Assembly: GCA_963745035.1 (NCBI GenBank)
Contig: CAVUVW010000011.1
Span: forward strand, 32,001 to 96,000
Origin: an uncultured delta proteobacterium
Lineage (GTDB): Bacteria; Desulfobacterota; Binatia; UBA9968
Direction: 5' to 3'
Length of the DNA: 64,000 nt
The notes beneath the pieces are model-generated. The model was not told the DNA's origin. It saw only the letters and a list, made by a program, of their open reading frames with translations, and ran no database searches. Position 1 is the first letter of the stretch; each line of letters starts with the position of its first letter. A program made the translations under genes and the position numbers. Below are positions 10,732-20,534 of the stretch, piece after piece.

Positions 10732-11718
10732 TCATTTGATGACTTTATCCGCTCTTTCCAGTCATCTTCTGCGGAATCGTCAGACCGATCTGCTTGGCGG
10801 TTTTGAGATTGACGAGAAACTCAAATTTCGTCGGCTGCTCCACAGGCATGTCGGCGGGCTTGGTGCCTTTCAAGATCTTGTCGACAAAGTCAGCGGCGCG
10901 CCGCCATAAGTCCGTATAGTCTCGGCGCGTAGCTCATCAAGCCGCCGGCCTCAACAAACTCACTCGTTGGGTACATCGCCGGCAACCGGTTCTTTGCCGC
11001 GAAGTCCAACACTTGGCGTTGCTGAGTAATGATAAGTCCACCTGATGCTCGTAATGAGCGCCTGGGCGCGTTCCCTTTTCGCTCGCGCAAATGCGCTCTC
11101 AAAATCGTCAAGGCTTCGCACCGGAAGCGATAGAAGTTTGACTCCCAACGCCTTGGCCGTAGCTTCCATCTCTGTGAGAGCCAGGTTTCCCCTCATGCCA
11201 CCCGATTGCCAGAGGAAGGCCACCCGGGCAACCTTGGGGAAGGCTTCCTTGAGCAGTTCCAACCGTTTGCCATCTAGATCCGGCGCCATGACGCTAAGTC
11301 CGGTGATATTCCCGCCTGGTCGTGCCAGGCTGGAGACAAGCCCAGTTCCTACTGGATCGGAATGGAGCGCGAATACGATGGGAATTGTCGGGCTCGCCTT
11401 CTGAGCAGCTAAAATAGCCTGGGGGACGGTGACGATCACGTCAACTTTGAGACCGACCAGTTCGGCTGCAAGGTCAGGCAGCCGTTCGAGTTTTCCTTCT
11501 GCATATCGGTACTCAATGACAATGTTTTTTCCTTCGACATAGCCAAGCTCGCGCAGCCGTTGGCGAAATGCTTCGACCCGGGCCGATTGAACGGACGCGG
11601 AGGACGCGAACAGAATTCCTATCCGGGGAATTCTCGCCGGCTGCTGCGCCTCGGCTGTCAACGCAACACAGAGCAGCATCGCTGCAACCAGGATGGGCAG
11701 CGCCACAGCGTTTTTCAT
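10732..11718 (-). CDS. ABC_sub_bind (PF04392-like) substrate-binding protein, several indels
   Basis: LRELGYVEGKNIVIEYRYAEG, SLARPGGNITG; C-terminus PTKFEFLVNLKTAKQIGLTIP..RADKVIK in shifted frames. Confidence 0.82.
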
Positions 11719-11826
11719 CGCGCACCTCGTTTCGAGGGTTATCTATCACGGCGATCGAGCGAAAGAAAAGTGTGGTTTATAGCGGAAGGCGACGGATTTG
11801 GATTGCGGACAGCCGACTATTCTCAG

Positions 11827-12288
11827 CTAGGAGTTTGTTTGATTTCGGTCCTTGCGCTTCAACGCTTCGACGTCGGCTAAGTCTTGCGTCCTCGCCGATG
11901 CGAGTTTGTTCTTGATCAAGTGTTCTTTGGAGAGCACGGCCACCGGTTGATCGGCGAATTTCGAAATCATCCGCTCTGCCCAAGCTTCGTCGAACTGGAC
12001 GCCGTCGATCACGGTCAAGACATCGATGCGTATGGGTTCCACTCCGATCTGGAAGATGAGGCCGGGTGTCGAAAGGTCTTTCTCCGTAAGATCATGCAAC
12101 GGCGCGCCGAAGGCGCGTAGGGCTTCGATGACTCGTGTCGCGTTCTCAGGGGAAGGACGCACCCAAACGTCGAGGTCTTGGGTTGCGCGGACATGGCCGT
12201 GGGCGGCCAAGGCGTGCGCGCCGACCAAGAGAAATTCAACTTGTCGGCCGTTGAATTCTGCTAATAGATCTCTGAAGTCTTGGTTCAT
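11827..12288 (-). CDS. Nucleotidyltransferase-fold protein (DUF6036-like)
   Basis: VGAHALAAHGHVRATQDLD (GG/DxD-type motif), C-terminal NKLASARTQDLAD. Confidence 0.8.
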   Translation of the reverse strand: MNQDFRDLLAEFNGRQVEFLLVGAHALAAHGHVRATQDLDVWVRPSPENATRVIEALRAFGAPLHDLTEKDLSTPGLIFQIGVEPIRIDVLTVIDGVQFDEAWAERMISKFADQPVAVLSKEHLIKNKLASARTQDLADVEALKRKDRNQTNS

Positions 12289-12451
12289 GGGCTTGGTTCG
12301 GTTGCCAAGCGAGGCAGAGCAGGGTCAATTCCCAAACCGCGTTCATCCGCTCTTCGGGTGTAGCGTTGTCCCAATATTGCTGGTCGGGAACGGGGTCTCC
12401 GGGTCGGATAACGGAGCTAGTGATCTTCTTGCGTCCGGCTCGATGCTTCAT
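12236..12451 (-). CDS. Small protein paired with nucleotidyltransferase (putative TA partner)
   Basis: YW..ATPEERMNAVWEL motif; overlaps the downstream gene. Confidence 0.6.
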   Translation of the reverse strand: MKHRAGRKKITSSVIRPGDPVPDQQYWDNATPEERMNAVWELTLLCLAWQPNQAHEPRLQRSISRIQRPTS

Positions 12452-12546
12452 ACAGTGACTTTATAGCACATTCCGGAGAACACCTCCGCTGATCGTTTTT
12501 ACTCCCGCTTCCTTCCGGGAACCAATCACGGAACACTGGCAATAAG

Positions 12547-13531
12547 TCATCGAATCACTTTATCCGCTCTTTCCATCACCTTCTGCGGAATCGTCAGACC
12601 GATCTGCTTAGCGGTTTTGAGATTGACGAGAAACTCAAATTTCGTCGGCTGCTCGACTGGAATGTCGGCTGGCTTGGTCCCTTTCAGGATCTTGTCGACA
12701 AAGTCAGCGGCGCGCCGGAATAAGTCCGTATTGTCTGGCCCGTAGCTCATCAAACCGCCGGCCTCAACAAACTCACTGTTTGGGTACATCGCCGGCAAGC
12801 GGTTCTTTACCGCGAAGTCCAACACTTGGCGTAGCTGAGTCACGATAAGTGCACCGGTGCTCGTAATGAGCGCCTGGGCGCCGTTCCCTTTTCGCTCGCG
12901 CGAATGCGCTCTCAAGATCGCCAAGGCTTCGCACCGGAAGCGATAGAAGTTTGATTCCCAACACCTTGGCCGCAGCCTCCATGTCTGTGAGTTCCAGGTT
13001 TCCCCTCATACCACCCGCTTGCCAGAGGAAGGCCACCCGGACAATTTTAGGGAAAGCTTCCTTGAGCAGTTCCAACCGTTTGCCATCTAGATCTGGCGCC
13101 ATCTGGCTAAGTCCGGTGATAGTCCCCCCTGGTTGCGCCAGGCTGGAAACGAGCCCACTTCCTACTGGATCGCTACTAGCGGCGAATACGATGGGAATCG
13201 TCGGGCTCGCCTTTTTAGCAGCTAAAACAGGCACGGCGCCGGTGGTGACGATGACGTCCACTTTGAGACGGACCAGTTCGGCTGCAAGGTCAGGCAGCCG
13301 TTCGCGTTTCCCTTCTGCATATCGGTACTCAATGACAATGTTTTTTCCTTCGACATAGCCATGCTCGCGCAGCCGTTGGCGAAATGCTTCGACCCGGGCC
13401 GAGTTGAGGGACGCGGAGCCCGAGATCAGAATTCCTATCCGGGGAATTCTCGCCGGCTGCTGAGCCTGAGCGAAAGGAGCAGTTATCAGCAAGACAGTTG
13501 TCAGTAACCAGAAAAGAGGTTTTGAACTCAT
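12547..13531 (-). CDS. ABC_sub_bind (PF04392-like) substrate-binding protein, indel near 12885
   Basis: Close paralog of 10732-11718; ends ERADKVIR. Confidence 0.85.
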
Positions 13532-13584
13532 AGTATTCGCTTCTGTTTTATACTGACGACTGATTACTAATCACTGGCAAATTG

Positions 13585-13617
13585 TCACCGTATCACCTTA
13601 TCCGCCCGCATCAGCGC
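13585..13617 (-). pseudogene. 3'-terminal scrap of a third ABC_sub_bind paralog
   Basis: Translates ALMRADKVIR*, matching the C-terminus of the neighbour. Confidence 0.6.
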
Positions 13618-13657
13618 GTCGCAAAGTTCAGAACAGAAAAGCATTGTGGCGCGCGCG

Positions 13658-13768
13658 CGTCATTCCCGTGCACGCGGGAATCGGGTGACGGACTGTGTCC
13701 GTCATACCGTTGAAGAACGGTATCCAGGTGGATAATGGGTCTGGATTCCCGTTTTCACGGGAATGACG
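13658..13768. repeat. Gene-less CGTC-REP composite (REPIN-like)
   Basis: CGTCATTCCCGTGCACGCGGGAATC, inner CGTCATACCGTTGAAGAACGGTATCCAG, and CTGGATTCCCGTTTTCACGGGAATGACG. Confidence 0.85.
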
Positions 13769-13811
13769 GATATGCAACGCCGCTTCTTGATCAAGCTTGT
13801 GAGGCGGTACA

Positions 13812-14735
13812 CTAGCGAAATGTCTCCTTGATGTAGCGATATGCTGCGATGGCAGCGGTGGCGCCGTCGCCGGCGGAAGTGATCGCCTGCGCGGCCGAGT
13901 CTTGGCGGATGTCGCCGACGGCGTACAAGCCGCCGCGCGCGGTTTTCATCCAGCCGTCGGTCGGCACATGTCCGGTGTCGCCGAGGCTTAAAATATTTTT
14001 AAACAACGCAGTATTCGGCTTCAAGCCGACATAAACGAATAAGCCCGCCAGCTCGATTTCAGATGTTTCACTAGTACCAAGGTTGCGCACCTGCACCCCG
14101 CTGAGTTTATCATCGCCCAAGACCTCTTCGACGGCGGTTCGATAGTGCGGCGCGATCTTCGGCTCGTTCAATACTCTGTCGAGATACGAACGATGGCCGG
14201 TAAAACTTGCTTCGCGCTGAAAAACTAAAACCGACTGCGCGAAATTGGCAAGTGTCAGCGCTTCCTGGAGCGCGGAGTCGCCGCCGCCGACCACGCCGAC
14301 GACCTGGCCGTCGTAGAGCGGGCCATCGCAGCTTGCGCAGTGGCTTACGCCTCGACCCATCAGTTTCTCTTCGCCTGGCACGCCGAGTTCTTTGAGCGCC
14401 GAACCCGTGGCGACGATGACGGCTTTGGCCACATGGGATTTTTCGTCGGTTGCAACCGACCAGAAACAATCTTTGGCTTCCAGCTTGAGGACCTCGGCGC
14501 GTTCAAACTCGGCTCCCTGGTCCGCCGCCTGGCGCTGAACTGTCGGACAAAGGTCATAACCGGCGATGCCATCCGGAAAACCGGGGAAATCCTCGATCTT
14601 CTCGATGCTGATGAGATGCCCGCCGGGAATATTCGATTCCAGGATCAGGGTGGAAAGGCCATGCCGGGCGGAGAACAACCCGGCAGTTAGTCCGGCGAGG
14701 CCGGAGCCGACGACGATTACATCATACTCGGACAT
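13812..14735 (-). CDS. trxB: Thioredoxin reductase (TrxB-like)
   Basis: GSGLAG, GRGVSHCASCDG (CxxC), VGGGDSA, GLYAVGD. Confidence 0.88.
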   Translation of the reverse strand: MSEYDVIVVGSGLAGLTAGLFSARHGLSTLILESNIPGGHLISIEKIEDFPGFPDGIAGYDLCPTVQRQAADQGAEFERAEVLKLEAKDCFWSVATDEKSHVAKAVIVATGSALKELGVPGEEKLMGRGVSHCASCDGPLYDGQVVGVVGGGDSALQEALTLANFAQSVLVFQREASFTGHRSYLDRVLNEPKIAPHYRTAVEEVLGDDKLSGVQVRNLGTSETSEIELAGLFVYVGLKPNTALFKNILSLGDTGHVPTDGWMKTARGGLYAVGDIRQDSAAQAITSAGDGATAAIAAYRYIKETFR

Positions 14736-14791
14736 ATTTAAATTCTTTGGTTCAAGCCGTTCAAAAAGTTCAAATCGTTGAAGCCCCCTCC

Positions 14792-16097
14792 TGTTCAAGC
14801 CGGGGATCATTTACGTTTTGAACCGGGCGCATGGTTTACAGTTTTTTAGAGTTAGTTCCGTGCCAGGTTTTGCGCTGGCATAATCTTTTTTGCATGTTGA
14901 TCGAGAATACCCAGCAGATGAAAACTATAACGGACTTCCCACTGCTCGGGTCCGACCTGCTTCAGTCCAACCGGCTCGTGTGCCAGGACTTCAGAGACAT
15001 AAAGGAGATCGCCGTGCCACTTGATCTCGCCGTTGTGTCGCACTCGTCTAACGGTCATGCCCGGACTGTATTGTACGGGCGGGAGTTTGTCGGGATAGCG
15101 CCGTGGGGAGCTAAGATAAACACTGCCCGGGGTCTTTCGTCCCAAGGCCTCATGGGAACGCTGGCCGTTATACTGCTTTACGAAAAGATCAAATTCTCGC
15201 TGTTGTCGTCTGTAGGTTGGCTGGGGCGCAACATCGTATTTAAGGGTTCGATGCATCCGTTCATGGCGCCCGTTCTGGCTTGGCTTACCCGGCTTGATCC
15301 GTTCAGGACGGATGCCAAGCTGGATCCACCACTTCGACAACTCGCTGACACCGCCCACACAGAGCGAGGCAAACGGTGCTCCGTTGTCGGTACGAATGGC
15401 CCGGGCAGTCCGTATTGTCGAAAGGCTCTTTCAAACCACGGCCGAACCACCCGATAGCTGTGCTGCCCCAAGGCTTGGCACATCAACAGATAACGAGAGA
15501 AATTGTCGGTCAACGTAAGCGGGTAACAGCGCTGACCATTCCCCAAGAGAAAGTCTCCCTTGAAGTCCGCACTCCAGATCTGATTCGGTCCATGGCAGTC
15601 GCTAAACGGTTCACTGTACGGTGCCACGTGGCGCCGACGCACACGGCGGTTGACCAGCCCTGCACGCTTGAGGATCGCACCGGCTGTAGAGTCCGCAGGC
15701 CAGGTCAACTTAGGTTTTTTCTCACCCAAATAATCCAAAACCTTTTTCGGACCCCAGCTCGGATGGCTAAGCTTGATGGCAATAATCATCTCGCGGATTT
15801 CCTCAGGGGTCTCATTGCGATGACGGTGCGCCGCGCGCGAGCGCTCCTCGAGCGCCTCAACTCCACCGTCTTGGTAGCGCTTAATCCATTTGTCAGCCGT
15901 GGGACGGCTAATTCCATAGGCTCTGCACAATTCAATCTTACTGTATTCTTTACTCAGCCAGTCAGCGATAAATTTAACTCGTTGATCCATGGCACTGGTC
16001 TGTTCCCAAGGCATTGGCAAGCTCCTCCTTGCCTCTGCCTCTTAAACTGTAAACCATGTGCCCGGTTTGTTTTGTAAATGATGCTACCGGTTTGTAC
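14792..16097 (-). mobile_element. IS481-family insertion sequence, full length
   Basis: Imperfect terminal IRs sharing ATCATTTAC..AACCGGGC.CATGGTTTACAGTTT; CCTCC/CCCTCC direct repeat on both flanks. Confidence 0.88.
14852..16014 (-). CDS. IS481-family transposase (frameshift near 15403)
   Basis: MPWEQTSAMDQR, HPSWGPKK, WSADFKG, YPLTLTD, QNGRHERMHRTLK; the G present in copy 1 restores one 387-aa frame. Confidence 0.9.
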
Positions 16098-16211
16098 CCT
16101 CCTTCATCCTCCCCCGCGTCGCGGGGGAGGACAAGAGAGCCTGCCCCGGACGTGATCCGGGGTGGGGGTTTGAACGGAGCGTAGCGGTTGAACGGCTTGA
16201 ACGTTTTGAAC
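16098..16211. repeat. Right part of the palindromic repeat interrupted by IS481 (left part 14751-14791)
   Basis: CCTCCCCCGCGTCGCGGGGGAGG core, nested CCCCGGACGTGATCCGGGG hairpin, TTGAACGG tail. Confidence 0.8.
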
Positions 16212-16220
16212 GAGCTATAA

Positions 16221-17882
16221 TTATCTCCACTCATCGACCGAAACGGTTTTCTGATAACTGCATCCCATGATGCGCCAGTAGCCATTGGTTTCGCCGCCGA
16301 CGACCACGACGTGAATCTCGTCGGGCTTGAACATCTTGACCATCTCGTCCGGTGCGGCTTTCAGCTTGGAGGCGTAGGGCTCTTCGCCGAAGGTCGCGCG
16401 CGGGTAGATGTAATTTTGAATCAACTGGTAGTCCCAGTATTCGCCGGCCGGCATCAATGCGTTTTCATAAATCCACTGGATAAGTTTTTCCTTGGTGTCG
16501 AAGCCGCCGCGGTCGATGTACTGGCGCGCCGCGATGGGATCGAGCAAAAACGTCGGCGCGCTGTGCGCGTCCATGCCGCGCAGCATGTTGCGCACGTGCT
16601 CGCGCCAGTACTTCTCGCGCACGCCGAGGGTAAACGCCGTCGAGCGGCAGCCGGTGAATATGCTCACCGTGCTGTCGGTCGGCTTGAATCCATGCTGCGT
16701 GTGGAACGGCGTCCACGGGCTGCGTTCTTCATTCTCGGCGAATGTGACCGTGCCGTAGGCATAGCCGTTGCCCTGGGAGCCCATATAGCTGTCGCCTGGG
16801 ATCGAGCCGCCCTGGAGATTTTGCGACAGTAAACCGTAGGCGCGCCCGATGGTCGCGTTGGCATGATTGTACGGCGCCATGGCGCCGGTGCCGGAGTTCA
16901 TGGCGATCTCGTTTCGGATCGGGCCGTTGACGACGACCATTGCCGCCATGGAGCTGGTCGTGCTGCCGCGCGCGCTCACGCCGCTGGCCGCGAGAGCGAG
17001 AATGACCGGAAAATATTCCGGGCGGGCGCCCGCCATCACCGCGTTGACCGCGACCTGCTCGACGGTAAATTCCCAGTGCTGGCGAAACTGGTTCGAGCGA
17101 ATATGTCCGGCGATTTCGCCCGGCTTGTGGCTCGTGTGCGAGAGCATTTCCGCTACGCGCTTCTCCGTGGGCAGCACGATCGGCAGTTTATCGGTCCAGT
17201 TATTGTCGAGGAACAACCGCTGCAGGTTCTCGTCCGTGTCGGCCTCGACGAACCGCGGCGTTGTGCGCTCGAATTTGGTTTCTCTGATCCGATCTCCCTC
17301 GGCCGGGCGGGTGAGACCTTCGATGACTTCCTGCATCACCGGCCGGCCGCTGATCGGACTTTTGCCGTCGACGTAGGCGCGCAGCTGCGCCGCGGTCTTG
17401 CCCATCACCGGCTGGGGAACGAACGTGTAGCGCGCTTCGGGCATGCCGTGCATGCGCGTCACCGACTGCACGGCCTTCTCGAAGACGTTGGTATGGATAG
17501 CAACGGTGGGAACACCGTATTTACTATCGAGAGCGATTGCATGCACGGCGACCGCCGGCGCGCAGGTGCTTCAATGGCCGACACCGATAATCGCGCCGTC
17601 GCCGTTGGCCTTGATCATCTCCCACGTTTTCGGATCGTCCTTGGTGTAGACGCTCGACATTTCGACGAGCTTGGTTTTGACCGAAGGCATGTGCTCGCCG
17701 AACCAGTCTTGCACCTGGCGCAGAAAAAGGCCGGAATCATCGAAGCGCGGATCGACCAAGTAGATGGTCTTGCCGTCGAGGCCGTCGAGCCGCGGCGCCA
17801 TCGGCTTCGGGGTCACTTTGGGCGCATATCCAACGGGATTGAGCGCGGAGATCTTGTCTAACCCATTGTTACTATCAGCCAT
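16221..17882 (-). CDS. UGSC-family selenoprotein, 553-aa fusion with Sec at residue 104 (motif U-S-T-C)
   Basis: ORFs 17571-17882 and 16221-17546 are in the same frame, separated only by TGA: IIGVGH-U-STCAPAVAVHA; GGGGAGG RBS only at 17882; SECIS-like hairpin follows. Confidence 0.85.
17538..17573 (-). promoter_or_regulatory. Bacterial SECIS-like element
   Basis: UGA, 17 nt, then a GGUC loop closed by a CGGC/GCCG stem. Confidence 0.7.
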
Positions 17883-17955
17883 GTCGTGTCCTCCCCTGTA
17901 TTTGTGATCAATCGCGCGGCCGCTACAAAGAAAAGGTTTGTCGGCTGCGAGCTTT

Positions 17956-17985
17956 ACGCTATGCGAAGTTCCGCACGTTCGTCAA
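17956..17985 (-). promoter_or_regulatory. Candidate sigma70 promoter for the selenoprotein gene
   Basis: TTGACG-N18-TAGCGT, about 75 nt upstream of the start. Confidence 0.4.
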
Positions 17986-18057
17986 GAAGACCGGCTGTTG
18001 GAAGATGAAACGGTCGGGATTGAGAGCGCCGTTGGAGGGCGGGGAATGAGAGAGCAC

Positions 18058-18348
18058 TCACCTGACTTGATGCAGATTAAAATGCCCGCCGTCGCTTTTT
18101 TGAGTTTGATAACGCGACGTCATTTCTCTCATGGCGTCGTGGGTCGGCGTGCCGCGGTGTTGGGTATGCGCTTCCACGCTGTCCCATTCGATCATCAAGA
18201 TCACCCGGCTGGGGTCTTCGATACTGGTAAAGAATTTGACGCCGTGAGCGCCGGCGTAGTCGGCTTTCTTCAGAAAATCGCCGAAAACCTGGATGTATTC
18301 ATCGCGTTTTTCCGGTGCCACATGCTGAATTAAGATTTCGTGGGTCAT
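18058..18348 (-). CDS. Antibiotic biosynthesis monooxygenase (ABM)-like protein
   Basis: 96 aa; EDPSRVILMIEWDSVEAH. Confidence 0.75.
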   Translation of the reverse strand: MTHEILIQHVAPEKRDEYIQVFGDFLKKADYAGAHGVKFFTSIEDPSRVILMIEWDSVEAHTQHRGTPTHDAMREMTSRYQTQKSDGGHFNLHQVR

Positions 18349-18423
18349 TGTTCCCCCTTCGCGTCATGGATTGTGAAATCGGGGTTGGTCGGCGCTAGTC
18401 AATAACGAGTGCGACTCTTTGCC

Positions 18424-18813
18424 TCAATTGATCGACCCGCTCGAACTGCTAAAGGTGAAACTCGGCTGCGTGCCGCCTGGCTTGGCGGCAGTAATCGTAA
18501 AGCTGTTCGGCGTCACAATGTTGAGAGTCAACGTGACGCCGCTGGTTGCGTGAAAGCCAAACCCCTGAAGTTCTTCGATGGTGGCGGGATAGACCGATCG
18601 CTTGGTGAAGTAACTTTCGACGGTCACCGCTGCGTTTCTGAGATCGGACTTCAATTGCGCGTCGACCGCGCGGCTGCGATAACTGATGAACTGCGGAATT
18701 GCAATCACGGCCAAGATGCCGATGATTGCAATGATGATGAGAATTTCCACTAGCGTAAAGCCACTCGTTGGTATGAAGCGCCGCAGTGCTTTGCGTTCCC
18801 GTTGATTGATCAC
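18424..18813 (-). CDS. Type IV pilin (PilA-like)
   Basis: G|FTLVE cleavage site, E5, hydrophobic helix IIGILAVIAIPQF, SDLRN. Confidence 0.9.
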   Translation of the reverse strand: MINQRERKALRRFIPTSGFTLVEILIIIAIIGILAVIAIPQFISYRSRAVDAQLKSDLRNAAVTVESYFTKRSVYPATIEELQGFGFHATSGVTLTLNIVTPNSFTITAAKPGGTQPSFTFSSSSGSIN

Positions 18814-19133
18814 GCTGTCGTTCCTCCCGCCTATAATTAAATGCCGTTCGTTGTCTGACTGTTTCTTGATTCAACATCACGACTCTCTTTGCGGGTCATG
18901 TGGATTTAAAGACCGCGGTGCACTTTTGTCAAGAAATTTTTATCGACGCGCGGGTCCGTCCGACCCGGCTGGTGGGTAGCGTCAAGAGTTGTGTGTAAAG
19001 TTTAGGGGTTGCAGAAGCCAATTTTGATTGAGGTGATTGTTCTTGACGTTTCGTTTCGATCTGACCTATCTTTTCAAGCCGCAACGAGCTTGGATCGGTT
19101 TCTCGCAACTTACGTTCGATACGAGGAGGCGAT

Positions 19134-20165
19134 ATGAAACGGATTACACTGTGGCTTTTGCCCTTCCTGTTTTGCGCCGGCCAGGTTGCGGCGCAGACTC
19201 CTTACTACCAAGGCAAGACAGTCAGAGTCGTTGTCGGTTACCCGACGGGGAGTGCGCACGACCTGTGGGGCCGCCTGATTGCGCCGCAATTGACCAAACA
19301 TCTTCCCGGCAATCCCGCCACCGTGGTCCAGAACATGCCCGGCGCCGGGTCGATGACAGCTACTAACTACGTTTATGGGGTAAGCAAGCCCGACGGCTTG
19401 ACTCTCGGCATCAACAACGCGGCGCTCTATTTCGAGCAGCTCTTGAAAAAGAAAGAAGTTCAATACGACTGGTCCAAGTTTACCTGGGTGGGCAGCACGA
19501 CACCGACGAGTCCGCTTTTGTATATGTGGGCGAATGCTCCCTACAAAACGATTCATGACGTGCGCAGTGCGACCGTTCCGCCCAAGTGCGGGGCAACGGG
19601 AACGGGGAACACGGGTTACTATCTGCCGCGATTGCTCGAGGAGGCGATCGGCGCGAAGTTTCAAATTGTCACCGGCTATCAAGGTGGCGCTGACATCGAA
19701 ATCGCCGTCGAACGAGGTGAAGTACAGTGCCGCGCATTCACGATTCAGGTTTTTTACGGGCGTGAGCCGTTTCACACCTGGCGCAGCAAGAACCTGGTGC
19801 GCGTGTTGGTGTTCGCGGGTAAGAGGCGCGATCCTCGCATACCCGATACGCCGCTGCTCAGCGAATTGATGGATCAATACAAGACTTCGGATCTGAACCG
19901 CCGTCTCGTTACCGTGATGCTCGGCTCGGGCGAATTCGGCGCCGCCCCGATGTTCGCCGCCCCGGGAACGCCACCGGAGGTCACCAAGCTTCTCCGCGCG
20001 GCATATGCGAAGGCGCTTACAAGCCCCGAGCTGATTGCCGATGCCAAAAAGCAGGGTCTGGAACCGGAGCTCATTCACGGCGACGAGGTCGAAGCGCTTG
20101 CGAAGGAAGTCTTGAACCAGCCGGCCGAAGTTGTTGCGGCGATGAAAAAAGTGATGGGAGAGTGA
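19134..20165 (+). CDS. TctC/Bug-like substrate-binding protein
   Basis: YYQGKTVRVVVG, PGNPATVVQNMPGAGS, GYQGGADIEIAVERGE. Confidence 0.88.
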   Translation: MKRITLWLLPFLFCAGQVAAQTPYYQGKTVRVVVGYPTGSAHDLWGRLIAPQLTKHLPGNPATVVQNMPGAGSMTATNYVYGVSKPDGLTLGINNAALYFEQLLKKKEVQYDWSKFTWVGSTTPTSPLLYMWANAPYKTIHDVRSATVPPKCGATGTGNTGYYLPRLLEEAIGAKFQIVTGYQGGADIEIAVERGEVQCRAFTIQVFYGREPFHTWRSKNLVRVLVFAGKRRDPRIPDTPLLSELMDQYKTSDLNRRLVTVMLGSGEFGAAPMFAAPGTPPEVTKLLRAAYAKALTSPELIADAKKQGLEPELIHGDEVEALAKEVLNQPAEVVAAMKKVMGE

Positions 20166-20257
20166 GCGGCCCAGAATAGATTACTGTTCCGTGCGGCAAT
20201 GACTTGCGCTGAGCAGTCGATACGTGTGCCCGCTTGCTCGGAGCCTTGATGACTGCT

Positions 20258-20311
20258 GCGAGCTTCGTGCGTAAACTTGACGAAACCGGCTTCATCGACT
20301 GAGTCTACGGC
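20258..20311 (+). pseudogene. C-terminal scrap of an NMT1-like substrate-binding gene
   Basis: ASFVRKLDETGFID*VYG resembles C-termini of the 27020 and 37776 paralogs. Confidence 0.45.
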
Positions 20312-20534
20312 GCATCGAATAGCGTTGCCCGCCGAGTCTCGAGTTCGGCGTCTCACGTCTCGTGATTTCCATCGCGATCGCCGGAGTTCCGCAGAAGGCC
20401 GCTAGCGAGTCGTATTCCGGCAACCCTAGACTTGAGACATTAGACGCAAGAGATCCTCGGTTCCCGCGTTGAATCCGATTCTGGATTGCGATATTCGCTC
20501 AAGAGAGAAGTAGTTATTCACTCGGGAGGCAATC

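Noticed and set aside
15395-15410. Programmed frameshift in the IS481 transposase
   Set aside because: The other copy has the extra G and is in frame, and IS481 transposases are normally single ORFs.
1-16097. Composite transposon bounded by the two IS481 copies
   Set aside because: The second copy has its own target duplication on both sides, indicating an independent insertion; the outer end of copy 1 is not visible.
17940-18057. Second U-x-x-C (TGA CGA ACG TGC) on the minus strand
   Set aside because: No convincing RBS or recognisable coding context; the sequence fits a -35/-10 promoter better.
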